Positions 48,285 through 61,306 of a DNA stretch of 64,000 nt are shown here, piece by piece. Every line of letters begins with the position of its first letter. The first letter of the stretch is position 1. Source of the DNA: Squalus acanthias (taxonomy: Eukaryota); the NCBI GenBank assembly GCA_030390025.1, contig CM059431.1:103604001-103668000 (forward strand), in the 5' to 3' direction. The position numbers and the translations under genes were made by a program. The notes under the pieces are model-generated. The model had not been told where the DNA came from and did not search any database. It was given only the letters and a program-made list of their open reading frames with translations.

Positions 48285-49089
48285 TGTAAGACTCTAAAAA
48301 CTATAATAAAACCGCTGCTACCGTGTGGAGATCGAAGTTCAGAACGAATTATGAAATGGTTACAGACGGACTCAAAATGTAGGAGGTCAGCATGTGTTCT
48401 TTGTTTGTGAAGACACAAAAATGGCAGAAGTCAGCAAGGGGTCCTTTGCCTGGTGGTCAGTATGGTCCTTTGTTTGTAAGAGCACATGGACAGGAAGAAG
48501 ACACTGAGTGAAGAGGAAGTCCCGCCCCCACACACCTCACAGGAACTTGAACGTGTCATGCGGAAGGAACTCCAATCAGGGAAGGTTTGGAGTAAAACTG
48601 ACCTATCAGAGGGAGGCAGATGGTGATATACGAGTGGGGCCGGCAGAAAGACCCTGTAACAAAATGACCCAGAGGCGGGGAATTCAGAAAGAAGGAAGAA
48701 GAAGGAAGAACAAATGAACAAAGAAAGCTGGCCAGTCTATGTTTGTGACCTATGACTTTTCTGGATCGATCACCCAGAGATAAAGAAGTATGTATGAAAG
48801 TCGGGCATAGAGCTTAGATATTGTTAAAGGGTACCTTTATGTACGGTTGACTTGGGATATAAATCGCCAGGAGGTAGCGTATAAGTTGCTGGGGAGTACG
48901 TTTATGTACGGGTAAATTGGGACCATATTGATTGCGATGTACACTTGAATTTTGAACTGTAGTGTGAATAAAGACCAATTTTATTGATCACATACTTATC
49001 TGTCATTGTTGCGCACTATTCGTAATTCTTGAGGTTCAAACAGTAGTAAGAGAAAGGCTTACCTCTGTACTTGCTTAGAACCTGTTACA
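48285..49089 (+). mobile_element. Probable solo LTR (~805 bp)
   Basis: tgtaa...ttaca inverted termini, aataaa at ~48967; no clean TSD (gtag/gctg). Confidence 0.5.
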
Positions 49090-49327
49090 GCTGTAACATT
49101 TTCTAGTGCGCTGATCTGAAACGTTAACTCTGTTTCTCTTTCCACAGATGCTGCCTGATCAGCTGAGTGTTTCCAGCATTTTCTGTTGATATTCCTGAGT
49201 GATGATCACCTCCCTGGACCAAGGGCTGCCAATACCAACTCTAACACTCCTTCTGTCACACAGAGCTCAGGAATCCAAAGCTGGGGCCTTTTGGCCTCTA
49301 TGGCTCAGTTACACGCAACCCTTAACA

Positions 49328-49920
49328 CTTATGTTAAACTTGTATAGAACCTTGGAGAACCTTGGTTAGACCACACTTGGAGTACTTTGAACAGTTCTGG
49401 TCTCCATACTATAAAAAAGGATATAGAGGCATTGGAGAAGGTGCAAAAATGATTTACTAGAATGATCCCAAAACTGAGAGGTTATACCTAGGAGGAAAGA
49501 TTGAACAGGCTGGGGCTCTTATCTCGAGAAAAGAGAAGGCTGAGGGGTGACCCGATAGAGGTCTTTAAGATTATGAAATGGTTTAATAGGGTAGATGTAG
49601 AGAAGATGTTTCCACTTGCCGGCGGTGCCAGAATTAGGGGCCATAAATGTAAGATATTCACTAATAAATCCAATAAGGAATTCAGGAGAAACTTCTTTAC
49701 CCAGAGAGTGGTGAGAATGTGGAACTCGCTACCACAGGGAGTGGTTGATGCGAATAGCACAGTTCCATTCAAGGGGACGCTTGATAAACACATGAGGGAG
49801 AAAGGAATAGAAGGATATGTAGCTGGGTGAGATGAAGTAGGGTGGGAGGAGACTCATGTGGAGCATAAACACCGGCACGGACCAGTTGGGCCGAATGGCC
49901 TGTTTCTGTGCTGTAAGTAC
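49328..49920 (+). mobile_element. CR1 LINE 3' end
   Basis: RLGLLSREKRRLRGDPIEVFKIMK...RRNFFTQRVVRMWNSLP. Confidence 0.88.
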
Positions 49921-50561
49921 TTTGTAAGTGAGCTTTTGAAATGATTAATGTAGAGCCCAAAGCTAGATCTTGCCCTGGAAAAATTGCTTCAATCTGGGTA
50001 TCTGGTAGTTCATTTACAGTTATCCCATTTATTGCCACCTAGAATTATTAATTTTGGTAGACAATTAAATTTTACTTATTAAAGCTGGTAATTACTCCAA
50101 TAGTTTTTGTACTGTCTTGTTTAGCTCTGGAAAATTAAGCAAATTAATTGCAGTAATTAGAGATTTCAGAGCAATGAAATCAGCCTGGTATATCATTGAC
50201 AACATTTAGGCTTCAGGCTAACTGAAAATTATAACTAAACTCCAATTTTAGAGGGACTTTTCCACTTGTTGCACTTTATATCCAGCCCAATATAATCAAA
50301 CAGTGAAGGTAAAAGGAAAACTCGAAATGCTGGAAACTGGTTTTCCCTAAAACACTACTCGATATTTTTCTTGCAAGTGCTGATTGACCTACAGTACAAT
50401 TCTAACAACATCTGCATGCACTTCGACGCCTTGAAAAGAGGAGGTGGGATTTCAATGTCACAACTTGATTAATACAAATTCTTCTCAACCCCAAGGTAGC
50501 TTGAAATGAGAAGATGTCAGTTATGAACTCAACTGTTAAACGTGCTCTCCGATGTAAAATG

Positions 50562-51255
50562 AACCTGAAGGTGGCAGGACATATTGAGAGAGTGGTTAGC
50601 AAAGCATATGGGATCTTAGGCTTCATAAATAGAGGTATTGAGTACAAAAGTACAGAAGTTATGCTGAACCTTTATAAAGTGCTGGCTAGGCCACATCTGG
50701 AGTATTGCATCCAGTTCTGGTCACCACACTTTAGGAAGGATGTGAAGGCCCTTGAGAGGGTGCAGAGGAGATTTCCCAGAATGGTTCCGGGGATGGGGGA
50801 TCTTAGCTACAAGGACAGGTTGGAGAAGCTGGATTTGTTTTCATGAGAGCAAAGGAGGTTGAGGGGTGATTTGATAGAGGTGTACCAGATTATGACGGGT
50901 TTGGATAGGCTAGACGGGGAAAGGCTGTTCCCACTAGTTGATGGTACAAGGACTAGGGGACACAGATTTAAGGTTTTGGGCAAGAAATACAGGGGGGATG
51001 TGAGGAAAAACCTTTTTACGCAGCGAGTGGTGAGGACCTGGAATTCGCTGCCGACGGAAGTGGTGGAAGCGGAGACACTCAATGTTTTCAAGGGGAGACT
51101 GAATAGACACTTGAGGGAAATAAACTTGCAGGGCTACGGGGATAGAGCGGGGGAATGGAACTGACTGGATTGCTCTACAGAGAGCCGGCATGGACTCGAT
51201 GGGCCGAATGGCCTCCTTCTGTACTGTTCTGACCCCATGACCCTATGACTCTGAC
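50562..51255 (+). mobile_element. CR1 LINE 3' end
   Basis: KAYGILGFINRGIEYKS...RPHLEYCIQFWSP...RGDLIEVYQIM. Confidence 0.9.
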
Positions 51256-51261
51256 TGTAGG

Positions 51262-51506
51262 GCATCATTTGCCTCGGCCTGAAGCTCTGGATCTCCCTCC
51301 CTAAACCTCTCCACCTCTCCACCTCTCTCCCTTCCTTTAAGACGCTCCTTAAAACTTACCTCTTTGACCAAGCATTTGGTCACCTGTCCTAATAGCTCCT
51401 TGTGTGGCTCGGTGTCAAATTTTTGTCTGATAATCGCTCCTGTGAAGCGCCTTAGGACGTTGTACTACGTTGGAGGCGCTATATAAATGCAAGACGTTGC
51501 TGTTGT
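51262..51506 (+). mobile_element. L2 3' end
   Basis: tcctttaagacgctccttaaaacttacctctttgacc...aggcgctatataaatgcaagacgttgctgttg. Confidence 0.85.
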
Positions 51507-52077
51507 ATCCTGAAGGAGGTCACAACCGCTGAGGATAGGGCCTAGTCTGGTTTTCAGGGAGTTCTGAGAGCGAGCTGGAGCTCAAGAGATGGTGAAACCA
51601 CCACTGATTCTGGTAAATTATTTGTGGTATGTTTCGCTACAAACTGTGTAAAATATAATACGCTACGCAGTCTTTATATTTAATATTGTAACTATGTTTG
51701 AACATCTTTGATGCCATACACTTACGACACAGCATGCAGAACCGTACAGCACTTGAGCTGGCTTTGTTTCTACCCCTTTCAGTTTCCAATCCTGTGCATG
51801 CTACTACTTTGCTGATGATAACACCTTCTTCTCTATCAGGTGAATCCAATGCCAGACATGACGTTAGAGTGAATTAGAATGAGAATCCTTGGAGGGGGTG
51901 AGCTTCGCCTAGCTGGAGAACTGAAACCGCCTCTCATCAGCGCTAAGCTTGTAACGTAAATGCACTCAGAGGGCCCGAAATCCCAGTCGGATCCTGGGCA
52001 GTCGTGTGGCCATTGAGGGACTGGAAATTGACCCAGAATCTGACTGCTCGAGGATTTCTGTCCGATTTATTATTGTT

Positions 52078-52305
52078 ATGTATTCAATCCCGGGATGTGG
52101 GTGTCGCTGGCGTTTATTGCCCATCCCTAGTTGCTCTTGAGAAGGCGGTGTTGAGCTGCTGCCTTCTTGAACCGCTGCAGTCCCGTGTGGTGAAGGTGCT
52201 CCCACCGTGCTGTTAGGGAGGGAGTTCCAGGATTTTGACCCAGCGACGATGAAGGAACAGCCCGATATATTTCCAATTCAGGATGGAGTGGGACTTGGAG
52301 GGGAA
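52078..52305 (-). mobile_element. LINE 3' fragment (same family as 34396)
   Basis: gggatgtgggtgtcgctggc...gagttccaggattttgacccagcgacgatgaagga. Confidence 0.75.
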
Positions 52306-52370
52306 TTGTACACCTAAACGATTTTCTGGTGGAGGGCAGAGCACAATTCTTCCACCCACACCCCTACATT

Positions 52371-52666
52371 ACGGTGGCATAGTGGTTAGCACTGTTGCCT
52401 CACAGCACCAGGGACCCGGGTTCGAATCCGGCCTCGGGTGACTGTCTGTGTGGAGTTTGCACATTCTCCCCGTGTCTGCGTGGGTTTTCTCCGGGTGCTC
52501 CGGTTTCCTCCCACAGTCCAAAGATGTGCGGGTTAGGTTGATTTGGCTATGATAAATTGACCCTTAGTGTTAGGGGGATTGGTTACGGGGATAAGGTGGG
52601 ATAAGTGTCGGTGCAGGCTCGATGGGCTGAAATGGCCTCTATCTGCACTGTGGGGATTCTGTGATT
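52371..52666 (+). mobile_element. HE1-like V-SINE
   Basis: Near-identical to 44908-45205. Confidence 0.88.
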
Positions 52667-53039
52667 AAAGAGGTATGTCTGGGGAAGTTTAAGGGGCTAT
52701 CCTCGGGATTCGGTCTAGTATGCACTTGGAAGGCCTAGGGGGGAACTCATAACAGCTAAGAGCTGGCCTGAGTCCAACTGAGGCCCCAGCCAAGGCTCTT
52801 GAACCCAGGCCAATCCACAGTTAAGCAATCCCAGGCAGAGGCAGCAGTGCTAAAGCCCAAGCAAGTGGCCAGTGTGAGGGAGCAGCATCAATGGCTGCAG
52901 GGTCCAGGGTATGATGAGAAGGAACCACTGTATGCTTGTGAGGCCATTTCAGAATCTCTTCTGTGAGGAGTGCAGTCTTTGGACAGGTAAGCTCAAACCT
53001 ATGTGAGCCTTTTTAAGGTAGTTTTAGGTTGCTCCAAGG

Positions 53040-53330
53040 TTGTGTGGCCAACTCTGGTTGGAAGTATTCCTGGAGATTTCATCACATGACCAACTGCCCC
53101 GCCCCAGTCAAACATCTCTTTTTTTCCCCCCATCTCCAATATTTTTACAACAAAAAAATTAAAATGTTCAAAGAAAATTGAATAAAGCACATATTTATTT
53201 TCAATGAAGAGCAGTAGGTTGCACAAGATTTAATGTTTCTTCTCCTGGGTGTTGCTTACAGCGGTGCCCAGGAGATTAACCTTTAATTCCTGGAGACTCC
53301 AGGACTGACTTGCAGGGTTAGCAACCCTAT
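53040..53330. mobile_element. Decayed hAT-like MITE
   Basis: ggccaactctgg ... gggttagcaacccta; related to cagggttgccaactctgg at ~54634. Confidence 0.4.
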
Positions 53331-53376
53331 CTGCCCAAGCCTTCACAGCAACCCTTCCTTGCTACTCCCAGTGCAG

Positions 53377-53830
53377 TGTCAGCTGTGGCTCAGTGGGTAG
53401 CACACTCGCCCTCTGAGTCATGAAGGTTGTGGGTTCATAGTCCCACTCCAGGGACTCTGAAGCCCATAAAGCTAGGCTGACACTCCTAGTGCAGTGCTGA
53501 GGGAGTGCTGCACTGTTGGAGGTGCCGTCTTTCAGATGAGATGTTAAACCGAGGCTCAGTCTGCCCTCTCAGGTGGACTTAAAAGATCCCATGGCACTAT
53601 TTCGAAGAAGAGCAGGGGAGTTATCCCTGGTGTTCTGTCCAATATTTCTCCCTTCAAACACCATAACAAAAACAGATTGTCTGGTCATTATCACATTGCT
53701 GTTTGAGGGAGCTTGTTGTGTGCAAATTGGCTGCCGCCATTGCAGCAGTGACTGTACTTCATTGGCTGTAAAGCGCTTTGAGACGTCCGATGGCTGTGAA
53801 AGGTGCTATACAAATGCAAGTTTTTCTTTT
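53377..53830 (+). mobile_element. DeuSINE, near full length
   Basis: tgtcagctgtggctcagtgggtagc head, Deu core, tail. Confidence 0.88.
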
Positions 53831-53997
53831 CTATATACGAACGCTGTGACTTGAAAAACACCGTCTTCACGCGAACCTCGCCCCTGAGCGTAAACATCCG
53901 TGAACCTTCCAGCAGAGTAACTGGATTGAAATCAGGAGCAGGAACTGTGGCATATTTTCAGCCCTGGACAGCTGAGGCTAATTATAATACCCCGATC

Positions 53998-54405
53998 AAA
54001 CATTCACTACCTCCACCACCGGCGCACCATGGCTGCAGTGTGTACCATCTACAAGATGCACTGCAGCAACTCGCCAAGGCTTCTTCGGCAGCACCTCCCA
54101 AACCCGCGACCTCTTCCACCTAGAAGGACAAGGGCAGCAGGCGCATGGGAACACCACCACCTCCAAGTTCCCCTCCAAGTCACACACCATCCTGACTTGG
54201 AAATATGTTGCCGATCCTTCATCGTCGCTGGGTCAAAATCCTGGAACTCCCTCCCTAACAGCAGATGTGGGAGTACCTTCACCACACGGACTGCAGCGGT
54301 TCAGGAAGGCGGTTCACCACCACCTTCTCAAGGGCAACTAGGAATGGGCAATAAATGCTGGCTTTGCCAGCGACGCCCACATCCCATGTATGAATTAAAA
54401 AAAAA
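53998..54405 (+). mobile_element. LINE 3' end (same family as 34396)
   Basis: AAVCTIYKMHCSNSPRLLRQHLPNPRPLPPRRTRAA...AGSKSWNSLP; A-rich tail. Confidence 0.8.
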
Positions 54406-54804
54406 TCTTTGTAACTCTGTTAATACCGTACAACATTACAACAGTGACTGTACTTCAGAGTGTGTGCAACCAGGGATAGCTCCCCTGCTCTTTGTAACTC
54501 CTGGCTCAAGGCAAATCTTAAAAAGGCTGCCACTCCTGCCCAGGGAGCCAGCAGATCTGCCTGTTGCTTTTATTCCCCATTCCCGGCTGTTTTTGCCGGT
54601 GGGATTTCTGTCAACTGGGAGCTGCTTGTCAGGCAGGGTTGCCAACTCTGGGTTGGAGTCTCCAGGAATTGAAGATTCATCTCCTGTTGCCAGCAAAACC
54701 CCGGGAGAATAAATCATAGAGACAATTAAAAAAACAAGATGGTTCTGATATTTATTGCGGGCTGGGCAGAGAGCGGGGTATGGGGGGGTGCGGGGGGGGG
54801 GCTT

Positions 54805-55548
54805 GGGGGGAATTTTCGGACGGGAAAGCCGGAAGCATGGGTTTCCCGCCATGTCCTGCAGAAATTAACCGCAGGACGTCTTATGAGTTTTTTCAACAGG
54901 TTTCCCGCCCGACAGCCAGATTGACAGTGGCTACCTGTGGGGCAGAAAAGTAGCCGGTGAGTGGATGTCAGGTAACTCAGACAATGTGTGGGGGGGGGGG
55001 TTCGGACATCGCGGGGGGCTGGGGGGCGCTGGACACCACTGGAGGGGTCGGATATCGTGGGGGAGTTGGACATCACGGGGGTGGGGGGTGGTCGAACATC
55101 ACGGGAGGTTGGACTTTGGGGTGGTCGGACATTGTCAGTGGGGGGAGGGGGGAGGTCAGATTCGAACGATGGAAGGAGTCAGATTGTTGGGCCTAGAAGA
55201 AACACTCCCGCTCCTCCTGGCCCACGAGCGGTGCTGTAAAGGCACTTACCTCGTGGCTCCGCCCCTTCTCATCTCCTTTTACCTGCCGGATTTCCCAAGG
55301 CCCGGGAATCCCAGCCTCCATGCCTTAAAAATAAAAATTCAGTTAAAATAGAGGCACGCAGCCTCCTTAAAAGATTTCTGTGACCGATCCGCCTCCTGAG
55401 ACTGGACTGGTCGCCTGCCCGCCCTCCCCTGACCTGCCTCGGTTAAAACCGGAAGAGGGCAGCTTGGTTACGGATTTGAGAATTTTACAATTTTTTGTCT
55501 TCCTGCCCTCCTCCAACCAACCTGTAATTGGTTACTGAAATTCCCCCC
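54805..55548. mobile_element. Harbinger-type MITE
   Basis: ggggggaattttc ... gaaattcccccc termini; internal G-rich short repeats (ggacatcrcggggg). Confidence 0.55.
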
Positions 55549-55609
55549 TCGGCGTTTTTATCATTTTCTTTGGACTCTTTCATTTATTAGTTATAAAAAT
55601 ATTGGAAAT

Positions 55610-56081
55610 AAAAGAAAGACTTGCATTTATATAGCGCCTTTCACAATCACCGGACGTCTCAAAGCGCTTTACAGCCAATGAAGTACTTTTGAAGTGTAGT
55701 CACTGTTGTAATGTAGGAAATGTGGCAGCCAAATTGCGTACAGCAAGCTCCCACAAACAGCAATGTGATAATGACCAGATAATCTGTTTTTTAGTGATGT
55801 TGATTGAGGGATAAATATTGGCCCCAGGACACCTGGGAGAACTCCCCTGTTCTTCTTCGAAATAGTGGCCATGGGATCTTTTACGTCCACCTGAGAGAGC
55901 AGACGGGGCCTCGGTTTAATGCCTTATTCGAAAGACGGCACCTCCGACAGTGCAGCACTCCCTCAGCACTGCACTGGAGTATCAGCCTAGATTGAAATGC
56001 TCAAGTCTCTGGAGTGGGACTTAGAACGCACAACCTTCTGACTCAGAGGTGAGGGTGCTACTCACTGAGCCACAGCTGACA
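55610..56081 (-). mobile_element. DeuSINE, full length
   Basis: Same as 3151-3631. Confidence 0.9.
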
Positions 56082-56304
56082 TGGGGAGAAAAAGGCTGTT
56101 TGACTGGGGCAGGGTCACTGGAGGTGGGATGAAACCTTCCAGGAGGAGGTCCCACCAGAGTTGGCAGCCCTATTGGTGTGTCATTTAAAAAAAGGACGTT
56201 GTGCACCCGCCTCCCCATTCTCCCCCACTCCCCCAGCCTACTGAATCGTATTTACTCTTCATCACAATGGCACCAGGACTGTCTCTCCTGGTAGAAAAGG
56301 GGAA

Positions 56305-56640
56305 CTGATAGGGTAGATAGAGAGAAACTATTGCTTCTGGTTGGGGAGTCTAGGACTAGGGGGCAGAGTCTAAAAATTAGAGCCAGGTGTTCCAGGAGTG
56401 GAGTTAGGAAACACTTCTACATGCAAAGGGTGGTAGAAGTTTGGAACTCTCTTCTGCAAATGACAATTGATGCTGGGTCAATTGTTAATTTTAAATCTGA
56501 GATTGATAGATTTTTGTTAACCAAAGGTATTAAGGGATACGGGCCAAAGGCGGGTAGATGGAGTTAAGGTACAGATCAACCATGATCTCATTGAATGGCG
56601 GAACAGGCTCGAGGGGCTGAATGGCCTACTCCTGTTCCCT
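56305..56640 (+). mobile_element. CR1 3' end
   Basis: LVGESRTRGQSLKIR...RKHFYMQRVVEVWNSL; CR1 3' UTR. Confidence 0.8.
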
Positions 56641-57948
56641 TATTGAATTTTTTGAAGAGGTAACAGAGAGAGTAGACAATGGTAATGCAGTAGATGTAAT
56701 TTATCTGGATTTTCAAAAGGCCTATGATAAGGTGCCCCATAATAGACTGATGAACAAGGTCAGAGAATGCGGAGTCAGGGGACAAGTAGCAGAATGGACA
56801 GCTGGCTGGTTTAGGACAGAAAGCAGAGAGTGGGAGTAAAGAGTAGCTATTCACAGTGGCAGAAAGTGGGTAGTGGTGTTCCACAAGGATCAGTGCTGGG
56901 ACCACTGCTGTTCACAATCTACATTAACGATTTAGACTTTGGAATCAAAAACACAATTTCTAAATTTGCGGATGACACCAAATTGGGGGGATAGTCAATA
57001 CTGAAGAGGACTGCAACAAGTTACAGGAGGAGATTAATAAACTTGCAGAATGGGCATATAATTGGCAAATGAAGTTCAACACAGATAAATGTGAGGTATT
57101 ACATTTTGGTAGGAAGAATAGGGAGGTCACTTATTACTTGGAGGGTGCGAGTCTAGGTGGGGTAGAGGGACAAGGGGATCTAGGAGTACAAATACACAAA
57201 TCACTAAAAGTTGTGACACAGGTTAGCAAGGCCATAAAAAAAGCAAACCAAGCACTCGGGTTTATTTCTAGAGGGATAGAATTGAAAAGTAGAGAAGTTA
57301 TGCTAAACCTGTATCGAACCTTGGTTAGACCACACTTGGAGTACTGCATACAGTTCTGGTTGCCATATTATAAAAAGGATATAGAGGCACTGGAGAGGGT
57401 GCAGAGAAGATTTACAAGGATGATACCAGAAATGCGAGGGTATGCATGTCAGGAAAGGATGAACAGGCTGGGTCTCTTTTCTCCTGAAAAAAGAATGCTG
57501 AGGGGTGACCTAATAGAGGTCTGTAAAATTATGAAAAATTTTGATAGAGTGGATACAGGGAGAATGTTTCCACTTGTGGGGAAGAGCATAACTAGAGGCC
57601 ATTAATATAAGATAGTCACCAAGAAATCCAATCAGGAATTCAGAAGAAACGTCTTTACCCAGAGAGTGGTGAGAATGTGGAACTCACTACCACAGGGAGT
57701 GGTTGAAGTGAATCGTATGGATGCATTTAAGGGGAGGCTAGACAAGCATATGAGGGAGAAGGGAATAGAGGGTTATGCTGATAGAGTTAGATGAGGAAAG
57801 ACGGGAGGAGGCTCGAGTGGAGCATAAACGCCGGCATGGACTGGTTGGGCCGAATGGCCTGTTTCTGTGCCGTATATCCGATGGAATCCTATGTAATCCT
57901 ATGTAATCCTATGTAATCCTATGTAATCCTGTGTTCCTATGTTCCTAT
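56641..57948 (+). mobile_element. CR1 LINE RT region to 3' end, with (aatcctatgt)n tail
   Basis: [44 protein letters not shown]; 10-bp tail repeats at ~57885-57930. Confidence 0.92.
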
Positions 57949-58523
57949 GCAGAGCTGCCTCCAGCTTGAGAGAATTCTTGCAAAGTTCACAACACTGCTG
58001 TCCTGCAGCCCCTTCATTGGAGGCGCAGAACAGAAGAAATATTGCAGGGGCTTCAAATAAAGAGGACCGAGAAAACTGAAAATAAAGGCCTCGCTTTATT
58101 TCCTTTGAAAGGCTAGCAAGAGATTGAGAAATTCAGTAAATAGTTGGAGATTGGACGAGCCTGAATGTTGCCAGTGAATTCAAATCCTGTAAATCTATCG
58201 GCTGCAGTTTTCAAGGGGTTTGTAAATGGACCAAAGTTCACCCATGTTCCACCATAATAAAGTCCCAGGGGGGTTCAGCTTTCAGAAGTTACTGAACTAA
58301 TGATATCCAGCATATTAATACATCTCCTGTTGGCCCACATCAGACATTTTGCTGTACTTCAGCTTAACGGCCCATGTAACTGAATCGGTGAGTAAATTCA
58401 TACAACTCATTTGTATCTTTGTTTTAATATGTTGAGGTTGCAGTGTATACCGTCCATAATGTCCACTCTTGGGATTGCTATTGGATCTTAATTACAGATG
58501 GTCCTTAGGCTTTCTGCTCTTCT

Positions 58524-58742
58524 TTACCCAGAGAGTGGTGAGAATGTGGAACTCGTGAGCGGTTGAGGCGAATAGCAAAGATGCATTGAAGCGGCAGCTA
58601 GATAAACACATGAGGGATAAAGGAATAGAAGGTTATGTTGATAGGGTAATGTGAAGAGGGGTGGGCGGAGGCTCGTGTGGAGCAGAAACACTGGCGTGGA
58701 CCATTTGGGTGGAATGCCCTGTTTCTGTGCTGTACATTCTAT
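58524..58742 (+). mobile_element. CR1 tail fragment
   Basis: ttacccagagagtggtgagaatgtggaactc...ctgtttctgtgctgta. Confidence 0.75.
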
Positions 58743-59065
58743 TTTCTTATTCAACTTCATATTAATTATACACTCAGCGAGATATCTGAATTCTTTAAAA
58801 TATTTTAGGTTAATGCAAGCCACAATTCATTATTAGAATGAACAAAATGGATTAAAATATATATATATTCCAAGCTGTGCCTAGTCTATTAATTTCAGAA
58901 ATGAGATGTAATAGTCTTACTTGAGGACAGTTCCAATTTTAACTCCTGATCTCTCTTTGTCTTAATCAAGGGCGTCCTGAAACTCTTTGATTGTCAACAT
59001 TTACTTTCAGTTCTCAAAGTTTTTGGTCACTTTTCAAAGGTCTATGAATATTCTGAAGGTCCTTG

Positions 59066-59775
59066 CCCTGGGTGTCCTTGTACACGAATCACTGAAAATT
59101 AACACGCAGGTATGGCAAGCAATTAGGAAAACAAATGGTATGTTAGCCTTTATTACAAGAGGATTGGAGTATAAGAGTAAAGAAGTCTTACTGCAATTAT
59201 ATAAGGCCTTGGTGAGACCACCCCTGGAGTATTGTGTACAATTTTGGTCTCCTTACCTAAGGAAGGATATACTTGCCAGTGAGGGAGTGCAACGAAGGTT
59301 CACCAGACTGGTTCCTGGGATGAGGGGATTGTCCTTTGAGGAGAGATTGAGTAGACTAGGCCTATATTTCCCAGAGTTTAGAAGAATGAGAGGTGATCTA
59401 ATTGAAACATACAAAATTCTTAAGGGGCTTGATAGGGTAGATGCTGAGAAGTTGTTTCCCCTGGCTGGGGTGTCTAGCGGGCATAGTCTCAGGATAAGGG
59501 GTCGGCCATTTAGGACTGAGATGAGGAGGAATTTCTTCACTCAGAGGGTTGTGAATCTTTGGAATTCTCTACCCCAGAGGGCTGTGGAGGCTCAGTCATT
59601 GAGTATATTCAAGACTGAGATCGATAGATTTTTGGATATTAAGTGAGCCAAGGAATATGGAGATCGGGCGGGAAAGTGGAGATGAGGGCAAAGATCAGCC
59701 ATGATCTCATTGAATGGTGGAGCAGGCTTGAGGGGCCGAATGGCCGACTCCTGCTCCTATTTTGTATGTTCTTCT
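59066..59775 (+). mobile_element. CR1 LINE 3' end
   Basis: LGVLVHESLK...ALVRPPLEYCVQFWSPYLRKD...RRMRGDLIETYKIL. Confidence 0.9.
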
Positions 59776-60039
59776 GTTCACTCATTCTCTCTTGCCACTG
59801 AGGAACTTCATACTGCATAGAATTTACTGAGCTAGTTCTCTGAATCATTATGAACCCAATTAAGAGAAAATTTTTTATTCAAATATTAATGGCCTGTTTT
59901 ACATTTAAATTACCACTGCGATACACTCGCTGCTCACACAGCATCTCAGATCATCGTTTTCTTGTTTCTAACAATCTAACTCAGTGTAATCAACGTGGGG
60001 GATATTGAACGCTCTTGGTTTCCTAATAATATCGTTACC

Positions 60040-60190
60040 GCATCGTTACCTCTGGTGTCCCCAAGGATCTATCCTTGGCCCCCCGCTCTTTCTCATCTAC
60101 ATCCTGTCCCTCGGCGACATCATCCAAAAACACAGCGTCAGTTTCCACATGTACACTGATGACACCCAGCTCTGCCTCTCCGCCACTTCT
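60040..60190 (+). mobile_element. L2 RT-core fragment
   Basis: [38 protein letters not shown]. Confidence 0.75.
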
Positions 60191-60485
60191 TGTGAAGGAA
60201 TAGCCAGGATTCAGAAAAATACACAATACTGAAAACAGATTTCTGAAATTATTAATAAATGACATACTGGGTTTAAAAGTCTGAAAGCCTCAGTGACACA
60301 GGCTGCCGATACAATACAGGCTTCTGAGATAAAGATCAGTTATTCACAGGCTTTGAAATGGGAATGGGATATTGACCAAGAAACAAGCCCTATTGATAAA
60401 GCAAAGGTTTGCTTCCAGAGCGTCTGGACATTGGAATCAAAACAATGGAATGACCCAAGTAAAGTGTTATAATCTAATACGTCGA

Positions 60486-60905
60486 ACACGGTGGCATAGT
60501 GGTTAGCACTGGTGCCTCACAGCGCCAGAGACCCGGGTTCGAATCTGACCTCGGGTGACTGTCTGTGTGGAGTTTGCACATTCTCCCCGTGTCTGCGTGG
60601 GTTTCCTCCGGGTGCTCCGGTTTCCTCCCACAGTCCAAAAATGTGCGGGTTAGGTTGATTTGGCTATGATAAATTGACCCTTAGTGTTAGGGGGGGGGGG
60701 ATTAAATATATGGGGATAGGATGGGATATGTTAGGGGGAATTAAATACGTGGGGTTACAGGGGTAGGGTGGGATATGTGTACTGTGGGGATTAAAGCAGG
60801 GACAGGGTACTGGATTTGGATGATCAGCCATGATCGTATTGAATGGCGGAGCAGGCTCGACGGGCCGAATGGCCTACTCCTGCTCCTAGATTCTATGTTT
60901 CTATG
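60486..60905 (+). mobile_element. HE1-like V-SINE followed by a CR1 tail
   Basis: V-SINE head and core, then gatcagccatgatcgtattgaatggcggagcaggctcga...ttctatgtttctatg. Confidence 0.85.
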
Positions 60906-61306
60906 AACAGGTGCACAGAACATTAAAAAAAAAACAAGTGCCTTTGAAAAAATGACATCAAGTAAGAAATACCTGTCGTAAAATAGTTTTATGTTAAACT
61001 TAGAAACAGGAAACACGATTAAATATGCAACCAATTGAGATAGCTAGAAAACAAGTAAACACTGAGTTAAAGTGTTTTCAATTTACATATTGTAAATATG
61101 ATACCTACAGAAAGCTTTGAAGAAATGACATCAAGTGAAAGAGACGCCTGCTGAACAAATAGTTTTAATGTTAAGCTTGAAAGATGGAGTCCCAAGGTCT
61201 GATAAAAAACAATTGAAGTAAATTAGAAATGCATGAAGATACTAGAGAAGTGTTTTGAATTTACAAGTTGTAAAAAATACACAAGCAAGACGACTTTGAA
61301 AATATT

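Noticed and set aside
57885..57948. Independent 10-bp tandem repeat
   Set aside because: It is the expanded 3' tail of the preceding CR1.
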